A program made the position numbers and the translations under genes. 64,000 nucleotides of DNA from an uncultured SAR86 cluster bacterium. GTDB lineage: Bacteria; Pseudomonadota; Gammaproteobacteria; Magnimaribacterales; AG-339-G14. Positions 1 through 9,760 of the stretch are shown here, one piece after another (the stretch's first letter is position 1; each line of letters opens with the position of its first letter). A model generated the notes under the pieces. It made no database searches and was not told where the DNA came from. It worked only from the letters and a program-made list of their open reading frames with translations. The stretch is from the NCBI GenBank assembly GCA_902522825.1, contig CABYXE010000004.1, positions 19,364 to 83,363 of the forward strand, given 5' to 3'.

Positions 1-513
1 ATCCGCTTTAAAAAATAATTTTCTAAGTATCTCGTTAACTTTTAAAGTCAAAATTTTCATTTCTTCCACATCTTTTTCTTCTCCCCATCCGAAAGAATAA
101 ATATGATATTCATTTATCATTGGATCACCGAGATCATCATCCTTATAAAAAAATTCAAAGGTAGGTGGTTCTATATCTATGCCTTCTTCCAAACCTAATC
201 TTTTACATATACTGCCAGCAGCAATATTTCTAACTACACATTCTATTGGCAACATATCTAACTTTTTTACTTCCGATTCATTATCAGAAACCTGATTAAT
301 AAAATGAGTTTTGACACCCTCAGATTCAAGATGCTCCATAATAAAAGCATTAAATCTATTATTAACAGTCCCTTTCCCAGCAAGCTGTTCAATTTTTTTC
401 CCATCAAAGGCAGAGGTATCATCACGGTATTCCATTATTAGTTTCGATGGATCCGAAGTGGCGTATAGAGACTTAGCTTTACCTGTAGTTAGAATTTCTT
501 TTTTTTCTAGCAT
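1..513 (-). CDS. purC: SAICAR synthase, C-terminal part cut by the window edge
   Basis: My reverse translation from ATG at 513-511 gives MLEKKEILTTGKAKSLYATSDPSKLIMEYRDDTSAFDGKKIEQLAGKGTVNNRFN...ECVVRNIAAGS, colinear with the PurC N-terminus. It is absent from the ORF track because it runs off the edge. purC-bamC-dapA order matches E. coli. Confidence 0.85.
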   Translation of the reverse strand, partial: MLEKKEILTTGKAKSLYATSDPSKLIMEYRDDTSAFDGKKIEQLAGKGTVNNRFNAFIMEHLESEGVKTHFINQVSDNESEVKKLDMLPIECVVRNIAAGSICKRLGLEEGIDIEPPTFEFFYKDDDLGDPMINEYHIYSFGWGEEKDVEEMKILTLKVNEILRKLFFKAD

Positions 514-514
514 T

Positions 515-1462
515 TTAAGATAGTACCTGATTTATTTGTGAAATAATCTCTTGAACAATTTCTTTATCTTCCTCGCCCAATAAGATAGAAATAATTGTCT
601 CATTTTGAGCTATCTTTTCAACAAAGATTTTTACTTCTTTAGTTTCCCCTCTTCCAAAAAAACCTTCATCAGATTTAATTTTCGTAATGAATACACCTTC
701 GTCTCTATCGAAGTCACTTACGTTAAATTCAGCTATCGAAAGAGTCCTTTGTAAAGCTGACCAAGCTCGAGGAAAATTTACCATCAATCTAATTTTTGAA
801 AATCCATCTTCATCGATAAATACCTCTGTTTTATCTACTGTATTTAAATTTAATGCGACTAAAGATGTTCCTGTTACAGAACCTAACTCACTAAGCCCAT
901 TTAAAATTTGAGTAGAAATAGTTTTTATATACTCATTGTCTACATTTTTGCTCCATCTATTTTCTTTAAAAACTTCATATGAAATAAAAATTTCGGTACT
1001 TTCTCTTTGAAGTCCACTCTCTATTTTGAAAACAAATCTATTTTTTGAGTTATTTCTTTCAATTTCATCAGTAAATATTTCTCCCGTTTTTGGATTTGCT
1101 TTAGAAATATTTAGCTCGCTTTTTTCATTTAAATATTCTTGAAGCATAGGCCACACTTTACTGGGTTCAAGGCTCAAATAAATCCACCTAATTTCTCCTA
1201 GTTTATGAAGTCTTAATTCGTTATTAGATTCTGATGAAAAAAATTGTTTTGGTAATGGAAGTTCATAAACTTTTTTGGGAATAGCTACGGAAGTATTTGG
1301 AATAGGATACATATCAATAGATTTAGATATATTTTGACCAAGGACTTCTTCAACATTTTCATTATCTTGAGCAGATAAATATTTATTCGACTTTTTATTT
1401 TCAGGATTAGAGGCGCATGATGTCAGAGCAATAACTAATGTTAGTAAAAATAGTTGTTTCAT
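515..1462 (-). CDS. bamC: outer-membrane lipoprotein, probable BamC (NlpB)
   Basis: Signal peptide with lipobox (LTSCAS). It sits between dapA and purC, as bamC does in E. coli. The sequence itself is weakly diagnostic. Confidence 0.6.
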   Translation of the reverse strand: MKQLFLLTLVIALTSCASNPENKKSNKYLSAQDNENVEEVLGQNISKSIDMYPIPNTSVAIPKKVYELPLPKQFFSSESNNELRLHKLGEIRWIYLSLEPSKVWPMLQEYLNEKSELNISKANPKTGEIFTDEIERNNSKNRFVFKIESGLQRESTEIFISYEVFKENRWSKNVDNEYIKTISTQILNGLSELGSVTGTSLVALNLNTVDKTEVFIDEDGFSKIRLMVNFPRAWSALQRTLSIAEFNVSDFDRDEGVFITKIKSDEGFFGRGETKEVKIFVEKIAQNETIISILLGEEDKEIVQEIISQINQVLS

Positions 1463-2358
1463 ATTAAATCTAATTTTTTTAGTTCGTTTTTTAAATCCTC
1501 TTGATATTTTGAATCTAAAACGGTAAGAGGTAATCTTATTCCTAATTTTATTATGCCCATTAAAAAAAGGGCATATTTTACGGGTATGGGATTTGATTCA
1601 ACGAAAAGAATTCTATTGAGTCCTTCAATTCTTTGATTAATTTTTTCTCCACCTTTACTTTCATCTTCTTGATTCATAGCTAGACTAGTCATTTCTGAAA
1701 TGAGGTTTGGGATAATATTTGACGATACTGAAATTGTTCCATGCCCTCCTCTTTTAAGAAATTGATATGAAGTAGCGTCGTCTCCAGAGTATAAGAAAAA
1801 ACTTTTTTCTAATATTTCTTTTTTGCATAGTTTTTTTATATCCTCTAAGTTATTCATTTCTCCTGTTGCGTCTTTAATACCTATTATGTTTTTATGAGAA
1901 GACAGTCTTGCAACTGTTTCAGCCTCAATAAAAGAAGCTGTTCGCGAAGGAACATTGTAAAGAATTTGTGGAAGATCGACTTCATCGGCAATTTTCGTAT
2001 GATGTTGAAATAAACCTTCTTGAGTAGGTTTATTGTAATAAGGCGATACTAAAAGAGCTGCATCGGCACCTGCATCCTTAGCAGATTTGGTAAGTTCCAA
2101 AGCTTCAATTGTTGAATTAGCTCCCGTTCCAGCAATTAAAGTTACTCTTCCCTTAATATATTTAACAAAATATTCTAAAAGACTAATATGCTCCTCGAAG
2201 TCAATGGTAGCCGACTCTCCAGTGGTACCGACTGCTACTATTGCGGAAATAGAGTTTTGTATTTGAAAATCTATCAGTTTATCTAAGGAATCATAATCAA
2301 TGGACCCATCTTCAAACATAGGTGTCGCAATTGCTGTCATAGCTCCTGAAATATTCAT
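1459..2358 (-). CDS. dapA: 4-hydroxy-tetrahydrodipicolinate synthase
   Basis: 299 aa with TPMFEDGSIDYDSL and VAVGTTGESATI motifs. Overlaps bamC by 4 nt. Confidence 0.95.
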   Translation of the reverse strand: MNISGAMTAIATPMFEDGSIDYDSLDKLIDFQIQNSISAIVAVGTTGESATIDFEEHISLLEYFVKYIKGRVTLIAGTGANSTIEALELTKSAKDAGADAALLVSPYYNKPTQEGLFQHHTKIADEVDLPQILYNVPSRTASFIEAETVARLSSHKNIIGIKDATGEMNNLEDIKKLCKKEILEKSFFLYSGDDATSYQFLKRGGHGTISVSSNIIPNLISEMTSLAMNQEDESKGGEKINQRIEGLNRILFVESNPIPVKYALFLMGIIKLGIRLPLTVLDSKYQEDLKNELKKLDLI

Positions 2359-2431
2359 TTAAATTTAAAGTTTAACTTTGTTACAAAATTTTATACTATT
2401 TGTATCTAAATAGTTAAAAAGGATTTACAAC

Positions 2432-2899
2432 ATGAGCGTTAAAATAAATACAAAAGTAAAAAAGTTTAAGGTTTCTGCAACAAGTGAATTAGAGATCAAT
2501 TCGGTAGATTTAATAGGTAAAAACGTCGTGCTATATTTTTATCCAAAAGATAATACCCCAGGTTGCACTCAGGAAGGAGAAGACTTTAGAGATCTTTATA
2601 AAGAATTTAAAAAGCTAAAAACTGAAATCTACGGAATTTCTAGAGATAGCTTAAAATCTCACGAAGGGTTTAAAACAAAATACAAATATCCCTTTGAATT
2701 GATTTCAGATCCAGATGAAAAGTTATGTAATTTGTTTGACGTTATTAAGGAAAAAAATATGTATGGAAAAAAGTACATGGGAATAGAAAGAAGTACTTTC
2801 CTTATTAATAAAGATGGCAAATTATCCGCGGAGTGGAGAAAAGTAAAAGTTAACGGTCATGCTATTGAAGTTTTAGAAGAAGTAAAAAAAATTAGCTAA
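2432..2899 (+). CDS. bcp: thiol peroxidase / peroxiredoxin Bcp
   Basis: 155 aa with the FYPKDNTPGCTQE active-site motif. Confidence 0.9.
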   Translation: MSVKINTKVKKFKVSATSELEINSVDLIGKNVVLYFYPKDNTPGCTQEGEDFRDLYKEFKKLKTEIYGISRDSLKSHEGFKTKYKYPFELISDPDEKLCNLFDVIKEKNMYGKKYMGIERSTFLINKDGKLSAEWRKVKVNGHAIEVLEEVKKIS

Positions 2900-3947
2900 C
2901 TAACTCTTTTTTAGGCCAAACTTTAAAGACAGCTCTTATCAATGTTGCTATAGGGACAGCAAGAAGTAGTCCCCAGAATCCCCAAATTCCACCGAAAACT
3001 AATATAGAAAGGATTATCAATACAGGATGCAGGTTAACTTCGTTCCCCATCAATAAAGGGAACAGAACGTTTCCGTCTAGAATTTGTATTAGAAAATACG
3101 TAATCAGAAAAATATAGAAAGAAGTATCTAAGCCCCATTGGAATAAACCTATAGCGACAACCGGAATTGTAACCAGAATTGCTCCAAAGAGTGGGATTAA
3201 AACTGACATACCCACCAAGATTCCTAAAATAATAGAGTAATTAACTCCAAGAATTAAGAACGCGATAGTTGTTATAGAACCAACGATTAGCATTTCTAAA
3301 GCCTTGCCTCTAACGTAACCAAATAATTGTGTGTTTAAGTCACTCCAAATTTGAGATAGCAAGCTTCTTTTATTAGGAAGAAAATAAGTAAAATAGCTAA
3401 GCATTTCACTCTTATCTTTAAGGAAGAAGAAAACTAAAATTGGGATTAGTATCAAAAACACCAAAGCATTCATTATTGCAGAGAACCCTGTATTAAGTTG
3501 AATTAAAACTTGTTCTGCAATAGAAGGAATAAAAGATGCTGAGCTTGCAAAGATCTCTTCAACTTGCTCAGTAGTAAAAAAATTTGGATATCTGAAAGCT
3601 AAATCATTTAATAAATTCTCTACAAAAGCAACAATTGCCGGGAGCTCATTAATTAAAGAAGCAATCTGACCAGTTACATAGGGCAAGCTTAATAAAATAA
3701 AGAAATAAAATATTAAAAAAATTGCAAAGGTAAAATAAAAAGATAATCTTTTAGAATAATCCTTTTGTTCAAAAAGGGTCATTACGCCATTTAATAAATA
3801 CGCAACCAAGATACTTACAAAAATAGGTGTAATTGTCGAGCCAACAAAATACAATAAGATAGAAGCAATAATTAATAAAAAAAGAGCAGCAAATTGCTCT
3901 TCTTCATAAAAATAATTTCTAAAAAAACCCTTTAAATAATCGTACAT
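2892..3947 (-). CDS. perM: AI-2E family (PerM/YhhT-like) membrane transporter
   Basis: 351 aa polytopic membrane protein, divergent from bepA as in E. coli (perM/yfgC). Confidence 0.7.
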   Translation of the reverse strand: MYDYLKGFFRNYFYEEEQFAALFLLIIASILLYFVGSTITPIFVSILVAYLLNGVMTLFEQKDYSKRLSFYFTFAIFLIFYFFILLSLPYVTGQIASLINELPAIVAFVENLLNDLAFRYPNFFTTEQVEEIFASSASFIPSIAEQVLIQLNTGFSAIMNALVFLILIPILVFFFLKDKSEMLSYFTYFLPNKRSLLSQIWSDLNTQLFGYVRGKALEMLIVGSITTIAFLILGVNYSIILGILVGMSVLIPLFGAILVTIPVVAIGLFQWGLDTSFYIFLITYFLIQILDGNVLFPLLMGNEVNLHPVLIILSILVFGGIWGFWGLLLAVPIATLIRAVFKVWPKKELVS

Positions 3948-3984
3948 AAGAGAACATTGTTTTCTATAATAAATATTATTCTAT

Positions 3985-5412
3985 ATGAAAAAATATTTAT
4001 TTTTAGTTTTATTATTTTTATTTGGAGCTTTAACTAACTCACAAAATAATGATTCTCTTCCCTCTTTAGGGGATGCTTCATCCGGCTCTATTTCTTTATC
4101 TGGAGAATATGATTTGGGTCGATTGTGGCTTTCTTTATTTAGGAGTTCAGCTAAAGAATATACTGATCCGATTACTAAATCTTATGTTAAAGATTTTATT
4201 TATAGAATTTCAGAAACGAGTGAAGTAAGAGATAGAAGATATGAGTTTATTATTTTAGATGATCCTTCTATAAATGCTTTTGCGGCTCCAGGAGGAATAA
4301 TTGGAATAAATACTGGAATGTTTTTAAAGACTCAAACCGAAGGACAATTTGCCTCCGTTATGTGTCATGAACTTGCTCACTTAAGCCAAAGGCATTATGC
4401 AAGATCTCAACAAAATTCTTCTCCGTTGACAAATGCACTAATTCTTCTTGGTAGTGTTGCAACTGCCGTTGTAACTGCAAATCCTCAGGCAATTCTAATT
4501 GCTCCAGCATTAATTCAGCAATTAGCGACAAACTACACTAGAGAAAATGAAAGAGAAGCAGACAGAATTGGCTTTAGAAACCTTGTAAATGCTGGTTTTG
4601 ATCCAAAATCACAATCGCAAATGTTTCAAATTCTTCAAAAAACGCAAGGAAACATAAATGAGGAATACTCCTATCTATTTACGCATCCGATTCCAAAAGA
4701 AAGAATTACTGACGCAAGAATAAGAGAAACTAAGACTGATGATCAAAGAATATATAGAAATTCTTTGGAGTTTTATTTGGTAAAAGCTAGAGTTGAAGTT
4801 TCAAATTCTAAAAATTTAAATTCTCTTAAAAGTTTTTTTCTTACTAATCTTAAAAATGAAAACAAAAATATATATTTATCCAAGAAGTATGGATTATCTT
4901 TAGTTTTAAAAGAACAAAAAAATTATCAAGAATCTTTTAAAATTGCTGAAGAGTTATTAAAAGAAAATCCTTCAAATTTAATATTTCAAACAAATATCAT
5001 AGAGATCCATTTAGCTGAAGGAAACTCACTTGAAGCGATTTCTCTCGGCGAAAAACTATTGGAAATACATTCAGATAATTTCTCAATATCTTATTTCTTA
5101 GCTAAGGCTTATGTATTAAATGGAAGTCCTGAAAAAGCAGAAGAAATTTTAATCAATTTATCTAAAGAAAATCCTAAGGACCCATCTGTTTGGTATGAAT
5201 TAGCAGAAGCTCAGGGTTTGGCCGGAAATATTATTGGGCTCCACAGATCTAGAGCTGAATATTTTATTCTTACCGGGAGATATGATTCAGCGATTTATCA
5301 ATTAAGAGAAGGCTTAAAATTGTCTAAAAACTTCTTTGAAGTAAGAGAAAGTATAATTAGTAAATTAGAACAGGTTTATAAAACCAAAAGATCTTTAAAA
5401 GATTTAACTTAA
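3985..5412 (+). CDS. bepA: periplasmic M48 metalloprotease with TPR domain (BepA/YfgC)
   Basis: Signal peptide, the zinc motif HELAHLSQRH, and a C-terminal TPR-like region. 475 aa. Confidence 0.85.
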   Translation: MKKYLFLVLLFLFGALTNSQNNDSLPSLGDASSGSISLSGEYDLGRLWLSLFRSSAKEYTDPITKSYVKDFIYRISETSEVRDRRYEFIILDDPSINAFAAPGGIIGINTGMFLKTQTEGQFASVMCHELAHLSQRHYARSQQNSSPLTNALILLGSVATAVVTANPQAILIAPALIQQLATNYTRENEREADRIGFRNLVNAGFDPKSQSQMFQILQKTQGNINEEYSYLFTHPIPKERITDARIRETKTDDQRIYRNSLEFYLVKARVEVSNSKNLNSLKSFFLTNLKNENKNIYLSKKYGLSLVLKEQKNYQESFKIAEELLKENPSNLIFQTNIIEIHLAEGNSLEAISLGEKLLEIHSDNFSISYFLAKAYVLNGSPEKAEEILINLSKENPKDPSVWYELAEAQGLAGNIIGLHRSRAEYFILTGRYDSAIYQLREGLKLSKNFFEVRESIISKLEQVYKTKRSLKDLT

Positions 5413-5415
5413 GTT

Positions 5416-5760
5416 TTATTTTGGTAAATTTAATTTATTATTTCCAGCAAGCAAATGTAAGTGAAGATGAAATACTGTCTGACCAGCTTTTTCACCATTA
5501 TTAATTATTACATTAAAGGCATCGTCTACGTCAAACTTCCTAGACATATTTCCTACTATTAACATTAAATGTCCTAAAATTTTTAGGTCTTCTTTACTCG
5601 CTTCGGAAAGTTTAGGAATTGGTTTTTTTGGAATTATAAGTAAGTGTAATGGAGCTTGAGGATTAATATCTTTAATTACAATACACAGTTCATCTTCAAA
5701 AATTATGTCAGAAGGTATTTCTTTTTCGATTATTTTTTGAAATATTGTTTTATTATCCAT
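5416..5760 (-). CDS. hinT: HIT-family nucleotide hydrolase (HinT-like)
   Basis: 114 aa with the histidine triad VFHLHLHLLAG. Confidence 0.85.
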   Translation of the reverse strand: MDNKTIFQKIIEKEIPSDIIFEDELCIVIKDINPQAPLHLLIIPKKPIPKLSEASKEDLKILGHLMLIVGNMSRKFDVDDAFNVIINNGEKAGQTVFHLHLHLLAGNNKLNLPK

Positions 5761-6121
5761 TATAAAAAATCTTAAAACCTAAATAGGTTGAAAACAAGCA
5801 TAGTATTAAGGTGAAAAGAATATAAATGGAAAAAGTAAGAAAGCTGTCACTTTGGTAAAAGATCAATGCCTCTTTTGTGAACGCAGAGAAAGTAGTAAAA
5901 GAACCTAAGAATCCTATAGCTAAAAAATTGTTCAAGAACAAAGAATTGCCCTCTTCCTGATTTGCTATAAAAAACCCTATTGCAAAACATCCTAATACAT
6001 TAACTAATATAGTTCCTAAAGGGATGCCAAAAAAAATGAATTGGGAAAAATAGCTAGAAAAATAAAATCTAAGGGATGCTCCTAATGCTCCTCCAAGTCC
6101 TATAAATAGATATATCATCAT
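5753..6121 (-). CDS. crcB: fluoride ion channel CrcB/FluC
   Basis: 122 aa, four TM segments. Motifs GGALGASLRF, GTILVNVLGC and GFLGSFTTFSAF. Confidence 0.9.
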   Translation of the reverse strand: MMIYLFIGLGGALGASLRFYFSSYFSQFIFFGIPLGTILVNVLGCFAIGFFIANQEEGNSLFLNNFLAIGFLGSFTTFSAFTKEALIFYQSDSFLTFSIYILFTLILCLFSTYLGFKIFYNG

Positions 6122-6125
6122 AAAT

Positions 6126-6201
6126 TGGTGGGTCGTATAGGATTCGAACCTATGACCAATTGATTAAAAGCCAACTGCTCTACCAACTGAGCTAACGACC
6201 C
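6126..6201 (-). tRNA. lysT: tRNA-Lys (anticodon UUU)
   Basis: The reverse complement GGGTCGTTAGCTCAGTTGGTAGAGCAGTTGGCTTTTAATCAATTGGTCATAGGTTCGAATCCTATACGACCCACCA folds as a cloverleaf with anticodon loop CUUUUAA and an encoded CCA. It is nearly identical to E. coli tRNA-Lys and lies downstream of cpoB as in E. coli. Confidence 0.97.
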
Positions 6202-6211
6202 GTTTAATATG

Positions 6212-6217
6212 ATTATA
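6212..6217 (-). promoter_or_regulatory. candidate -10 box (TATAAT) for tRNA-Lys
   Basis: The minus strand reads TATAAT 10 nt upstream of the mature tRNA 5' end. I found no convincing -35. Confidence 0.35.
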
Positions 6218-6222
6218 TCAAA

Positions 6223-6918
6223 TCAACTTTTTAATTTTAGTAATTCTTGTTCAGATAAAACTGAAGATCCTGAATTTGGGTAATTAAGGATTACTCGTTC
6301 GAAAAAAGCAATAGCCTCATCATTTTTTTCTAACTTTATAGAAATTAGTCCTAACTTATACAAAGCGGTTGAAACTCGTTCATGTTCAGGAAAATTATTA
6401 ATAAGTGAAAAATAGGTTTCGTAAGCATCTTCATTCATCTCTTGTAAGAAATATATTTCTCCTAACCAAAAATATGAATCAACTAGGTAAGCTCCGTTTG
6501 GATAAGACAATATTAAAAATCTTAAATTTTCGGCTGCTTCGGAGTATCTTGAGTTATCGATTAACTTTAAGGTATTTGACCATAAGGTAAATTCTTCCTC
6601 CTCTCCATCTTTCTCAATTAGCTCGGCTAGAGGATTTACAGTTTTTAACTCCTCATCAGGCACTTCTTCTTCGTTAGTTAGAAGAATGACAGCTTCAAGT
6701 TCATGAATTCTTTTATCTAAATCAACGTATCTTGCTTGGTTTGACTCATCTAACTTCTGAACTTCAAATGTGTTTGAATCTATTTGATTAGTTAGCCTTG
6801 CTAGCTCAATCTCTAGGTTTTCTATTTTTTCTAAAATTAAGTCCAGTGATTCATTATTAGTCTGACCTATCAAACTGAAAGAAATAAAAATTAAAGGAAA
6901 AAATATGATTCTTTTCAT
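6223..6918 (-). CDS. cpoB: cell division coordinator CpoB (YbgF), TPR protein
   Basis: Signal peptide, N-terminal coiled coil and C-terminal TPR repeats. It is the last gene of the tol-pal cluster. Confidence 0.85.
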   Translation of the reverse strand: MKRIIFFPLIFISFSLIGQTNNESLDLILEKIENLEIELARLTNQIDSNTFEVQKLDESNQARYVDLDKRIHELEAVILLTNEEEVPDEELKTVNPLAELIEKDGEEEEFTLWSNTLKLIDNSRYSEAAENLRFLILSYPNGAYLVDSYFWLGEIYFLQEMNEDAYETYFSLINNFPEHERVSTALYKLGLISIKLEKNDEAIAFFERVILNYPNSGSSVLSEQELLKLKS

Positions 6919-6922
6919 CTAA

Positions 6923-7390
6923 TTAAAATAATGATATTTCAACTCTTCTATTCTTTTTCCAAGCGCTTTCACTTGATTCAACATCTATAGGTTTTTCTTC
7001 TCCGTAAGAAATCACTTTAATTTTTGATGAAGAAATTCCTTTAATAATTAGGTAATTTTTTACTTCAATTGCTCTTTTTTCTCCTAAGGCCAAATTATAT
7101 TCTCTTGTTCCTCTTTCATCGCAGTGCCCCTCTAATCTAATAGCTTTAGCCTTTTTAGCAAATTCAATATACTTAGAAATAAGTTCTTTTGAATTTGGAC
7201 TCAATGAAGCCTTATCAAATTCAAAATAAATAAGATCATCTAGATCCATATCTAATTTTTTTGTAGAAATATATTGATCACTTTCTGCAGTGGCATAGCT
7301 TGATGATGATATCGAATCAGAAACTTGTGTCGCACAACCGATAATGAATGGAAATAAAATTAATAAAAAAATTTTTTTAAATGATCTCAT
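6923..7390 (-). CDS. pal: peptidoglycan-associated lipoprotein Pal
   Basis: Lipobox IIGCAT and an OmpA-like C-terminal domain (GHCDERGTREYNLALGEKRA). Confidence 0.95.
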   Translation of the reverse strand: MRSFKKIFLLILFPFIIGCATQVSDSISSSSYATAESDQYISTKKLDMDLDDLIYFEFDKASLSPNSKELISKYIEFAKKAKAIRLEGHCDERGTREYNLALGEKRAIEVKNYLIIKGISSSKIKVISYGEEKPIDVESSESAWKKNRRVEISLF

Positions 7391-7457
7391 CTGAAACTCC
7401 TTTGTTAGTAGATTATAAATTAATAAACTCTTATATTTTTGACAAAATTGTTACTTT

Positions 7458-8777
7458 TTAGTTCGTCAAAGGTGACCACGAGGGTTCTCTGACTGATCCA
7501 AATTTAACAGGAAGTCTGAATTTAGATTTACCATCTAAAGTTAAGCCTGCTAAATATCCTTGGGAATTATTTTTTGTAGCATAAATGATTATATTCCCGT
7601 TTGGTGAAATAGTCGGAGATTCATCTAAAGTAGTTTTAGATATAGTATTTATAAATCTCCCTCTTATATTCTTTATTCCGATATGAAATATTCCATTATT
7701 ACCATGAACTAAAACAATATCTTTCCCATTTGGAAAATAACTCGCTCTGGCATTGTAATCACCATCTAAAGTGATTCGTTTTATTCTATTTGAAGAAATG
7801 GTCAATTCATAAATTTGAGGAGAGCCAGATCTATTAGAAGTAAATAGGAGTTTTTTACTATTTGGCGACCATGCTGGTTCAGTATCAATTCCATAATGTG
7901 TGGTGTGTCTAGAAATTTTATTATTTTTAAGGTTATAAATATAAATATCAGGATTTCCTGACATAGACATGACAAATGCTAATTTTTTATTATCTGGAGA
8001 CCATACTGGAGCACTATTACTTAACCCCAATGTCTTTATTGACTCTCTATTGCCAGAAAATAAATCTTGCATATATATTTCAGGATATCCTTTCTCGAAG
8101 GAAACATAAGCTAATTTTTTTATGTCTGATGACCAAGATGGAGACATTAAAGGTGCAGTTGACTCAAATAAAACTTGTTCATTAGACCCATCTATATCTG
8201 ATACACAAATTTTATAAACTTCTTTATCAGGATTTAGAACGTAAGCTAACTTTGTATTAAAAATACCATCTAGACCAGTTATAGCTTTATAAGTTCTATT
8301 ACTAATTACTTTTGAAATTTGATCAAATTCATTGATATCTCCAGAAATATCTCCCTTTAAAATTAACTTTTTTAGAGGTACATTAAAAACAAAATATTCA
8401 ATGAAGATATTCGAGCCACTTATCTCTTTAAAACTTCCAACTACAGCATAGTCAACTTTTAAAATTTTCCAGTCTCTATAAAAAAAATTATCTTCAGAGC
8501 TTGGAAATGACAACATTTCATTTTTAGGCGTAGCTTTAAATTCACCAAACAAAGTTAAATTTTCTTCAATTAAATGTGACAAAGAAATCTTTATAGTTTT
8601 AGTGTTTTCGAAAGGAACTATAGCGATCTTTGGCAGATCTTTTGATCCTTGAGAAATTTCTATCTTAAGTTTTGCGTCAATTGATACTGATAAAAATATG
8701 AGACAAAAAAATAAAGTTTTCAAAATTTTAGTCCTTTGATTTAAAGACCAAATTAAACGATCTAAAATTTCTTTCAA
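7458..8777 (-). CDS. tolB: Tol-Pal system beta-propeller protein TolB
   Basis: Repeated PxWSPD(G/N)KKLAF propeller motifs. The true start may be TTG at 8723, which has AAGGA 9 nt upstream and lies 4 nt after the tolA stop; that would remove the apparent 50-nt overlap. Confidence 0.93.
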   Translation of the reverse strand: MKEILDRLIWSLNQRTKILKTLFFCLIFLSVSIDAKLKIEISQGSKDLPKIAIVPFENTKTIKISLSHLIEENLTLFGEFKATPKNEMLSFPSSEDNFFYRDWKILKVDYAVVGSFKEISGSNIFIEYFVFNVPLKKLILKGDISGDINEFDQISKVISNRTYKAITGLDGIFNTKLAYVLNPDKEVYKICVSDIDGSNEQVLFESTAPLMSPSWSSDIKKLAYVSFEKGYPEIYMQDLFSGNRESIKTLGLSNSAPVWSPDNKKLAFVMSMSGNPDIYIYNLKNNKISRHTTHYGIDTEPAWSPNSKKLLFTSNRSGSPQIYELTISSNRIKRITLDGDYNARASYFPNGKDIVLVHGNNGIFHIGIKNIRGRFINTISKTTLDESPTISPNGNIIIYATKNNSQGYLAGLTLDGKSKFRLPVKFGSVREPSWSPLTN

Positions 8778-9342
8778 AATAATTCCTGTCCATCCCGATT
8801 ACCTCAGTGATAAAGGAAATATTTGCTAATGCTCTAAATGCTGAATCATCAAATATTTTATTGCCACTTGAGGAAATCATTTCGTATTTTAATATCTCAC
8901 CAGAAGGCGCAAGATTTATTTGAATTTCAGTCTCAATATTTTGATTAATTAATGAAGGCTTTTTCCAAATGGAATTTATTCTTTTTTGAATCAAAAAAAT
9001 TCTTACTTGAACTTCTTTTTTTTCCTGAAAAAATTTAGTTTCTTCAATTTGTTTTTGTAAATTATCTAAAGAATTTAAATTTAGTTTATTATTATTTTGT
9101 TCTGAGATTTTTTTTATTTCTTTTTCTATTTCTATATTGTTATTTCTTCTTGTAGACAAAGAATCATTATTTCTTTTTGCCCTTTCATCTTTTATTGCTG
9201 GGAAAGAAATAAACTCAATTGGAATTATTTTTTCTCTATCAGATTGAGGTGTGAAAATTGAAAAATCTAAAGTCAGAATTGCTAATAGAAATAGATGGAA
9301 AAATATTGAATTAATAAAAGAAATTAAGTTATTTGTCATCAA
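8728..9342 (-). CDS. tolA: TolA, unusually short (204 aa)
   Basis: N-terminal TM, a short Lys/Glu/Asn-rich linker and a TolA/TonB-like C-terminal domain. It lies between tolR and tolB. Confidence 0.8.
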   Translation of the reverse strand: MMTNNLISFINSIFFHLFLLAILTLDFSIFTPQSDREKIIPIEFISFPAIKDERAKRNNDSLSTRRNNNIEIEKEIKKISEQNNNKLNLNSLDNLQKQIEETKFFQEKKEVQVRIFLIQKRINSIWKKPSLINQNIETEIQINLAPSGEILKYEMISSSGNKIFDDSAFRALANISFITEVIGMDRNYFERNFRSFNLVFKSKD

Positions 9343-9754
9343 TAGGTTCGGTAATGAAATTTATAGCATCTGGTTTTAAGTCTTGAAGCAAAGACATTAG
9401 TTTTGCTACTTCTCCAAACATTACATTTTTATCAGCCCTTATATAAATCTCTAATGAACTATTATTTTTGAGTATTTTTTGTATTTCTTGTTTTAGTTCG
9501 TTTATTAGAAAAGCTTTGCCTTTTAAGGAATCTAAATCTAAATAAAATTTTCCTTCTGCGTTTATTGAAATAGTAATATTTTCTAAATTTGCTTTATCAA
9601 TTGGTTGAGAATTTACTTCTGGAAGATTTATGTCTATACCTTGAATCATAAAGGGTGCGGTTACCATAAAGATGACTAGTAAGACCAACATCACATCAAC
9701 ATAAGGAATTACATTGATTTCAGTCAAGTATCTTCTTTTCTTAGGAACAAACAT
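9329..9754 (-). CDS. tolR: TolR (ExbD/TolR family)
   Basis: 141 aa with INVIPYVDVMLVLLVIFMVTAP. Confidence 0.93.
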   Translation of the reverse strand: MFVPKKRRYLTEINVIPYVDVMLVLLVIFMVTAPFMIQGIDINLPEVNSQPIDKANLENITISINAEGKFYLDLDSLKGKAFLINELKQEIQKILKNNSSLEIYIRADKNVMFGEVAKLMSLLQDLKPDAINFITEPIDDK

Positions 9755-9760
9755 GTTTTA

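Noticed and set aside
6100-6260. tRNA-Lys as a possible integration hotspot for an island or prophage.
   Set aside because: Both flanks are core genes (cpoB and crcB) in conserved synteny. I saw no integrase, no duplicated tRNA 3' end and no direct repeat.
8723-8777. An apparent 50-nt overlap between tolA and tolB.
   Set aside because: It is probably an annotation artefact. A TTG at 8723 is preceded by AAGGA, lies 4 nt after the tolA stop, and opens directly into the TolB signal peptide.
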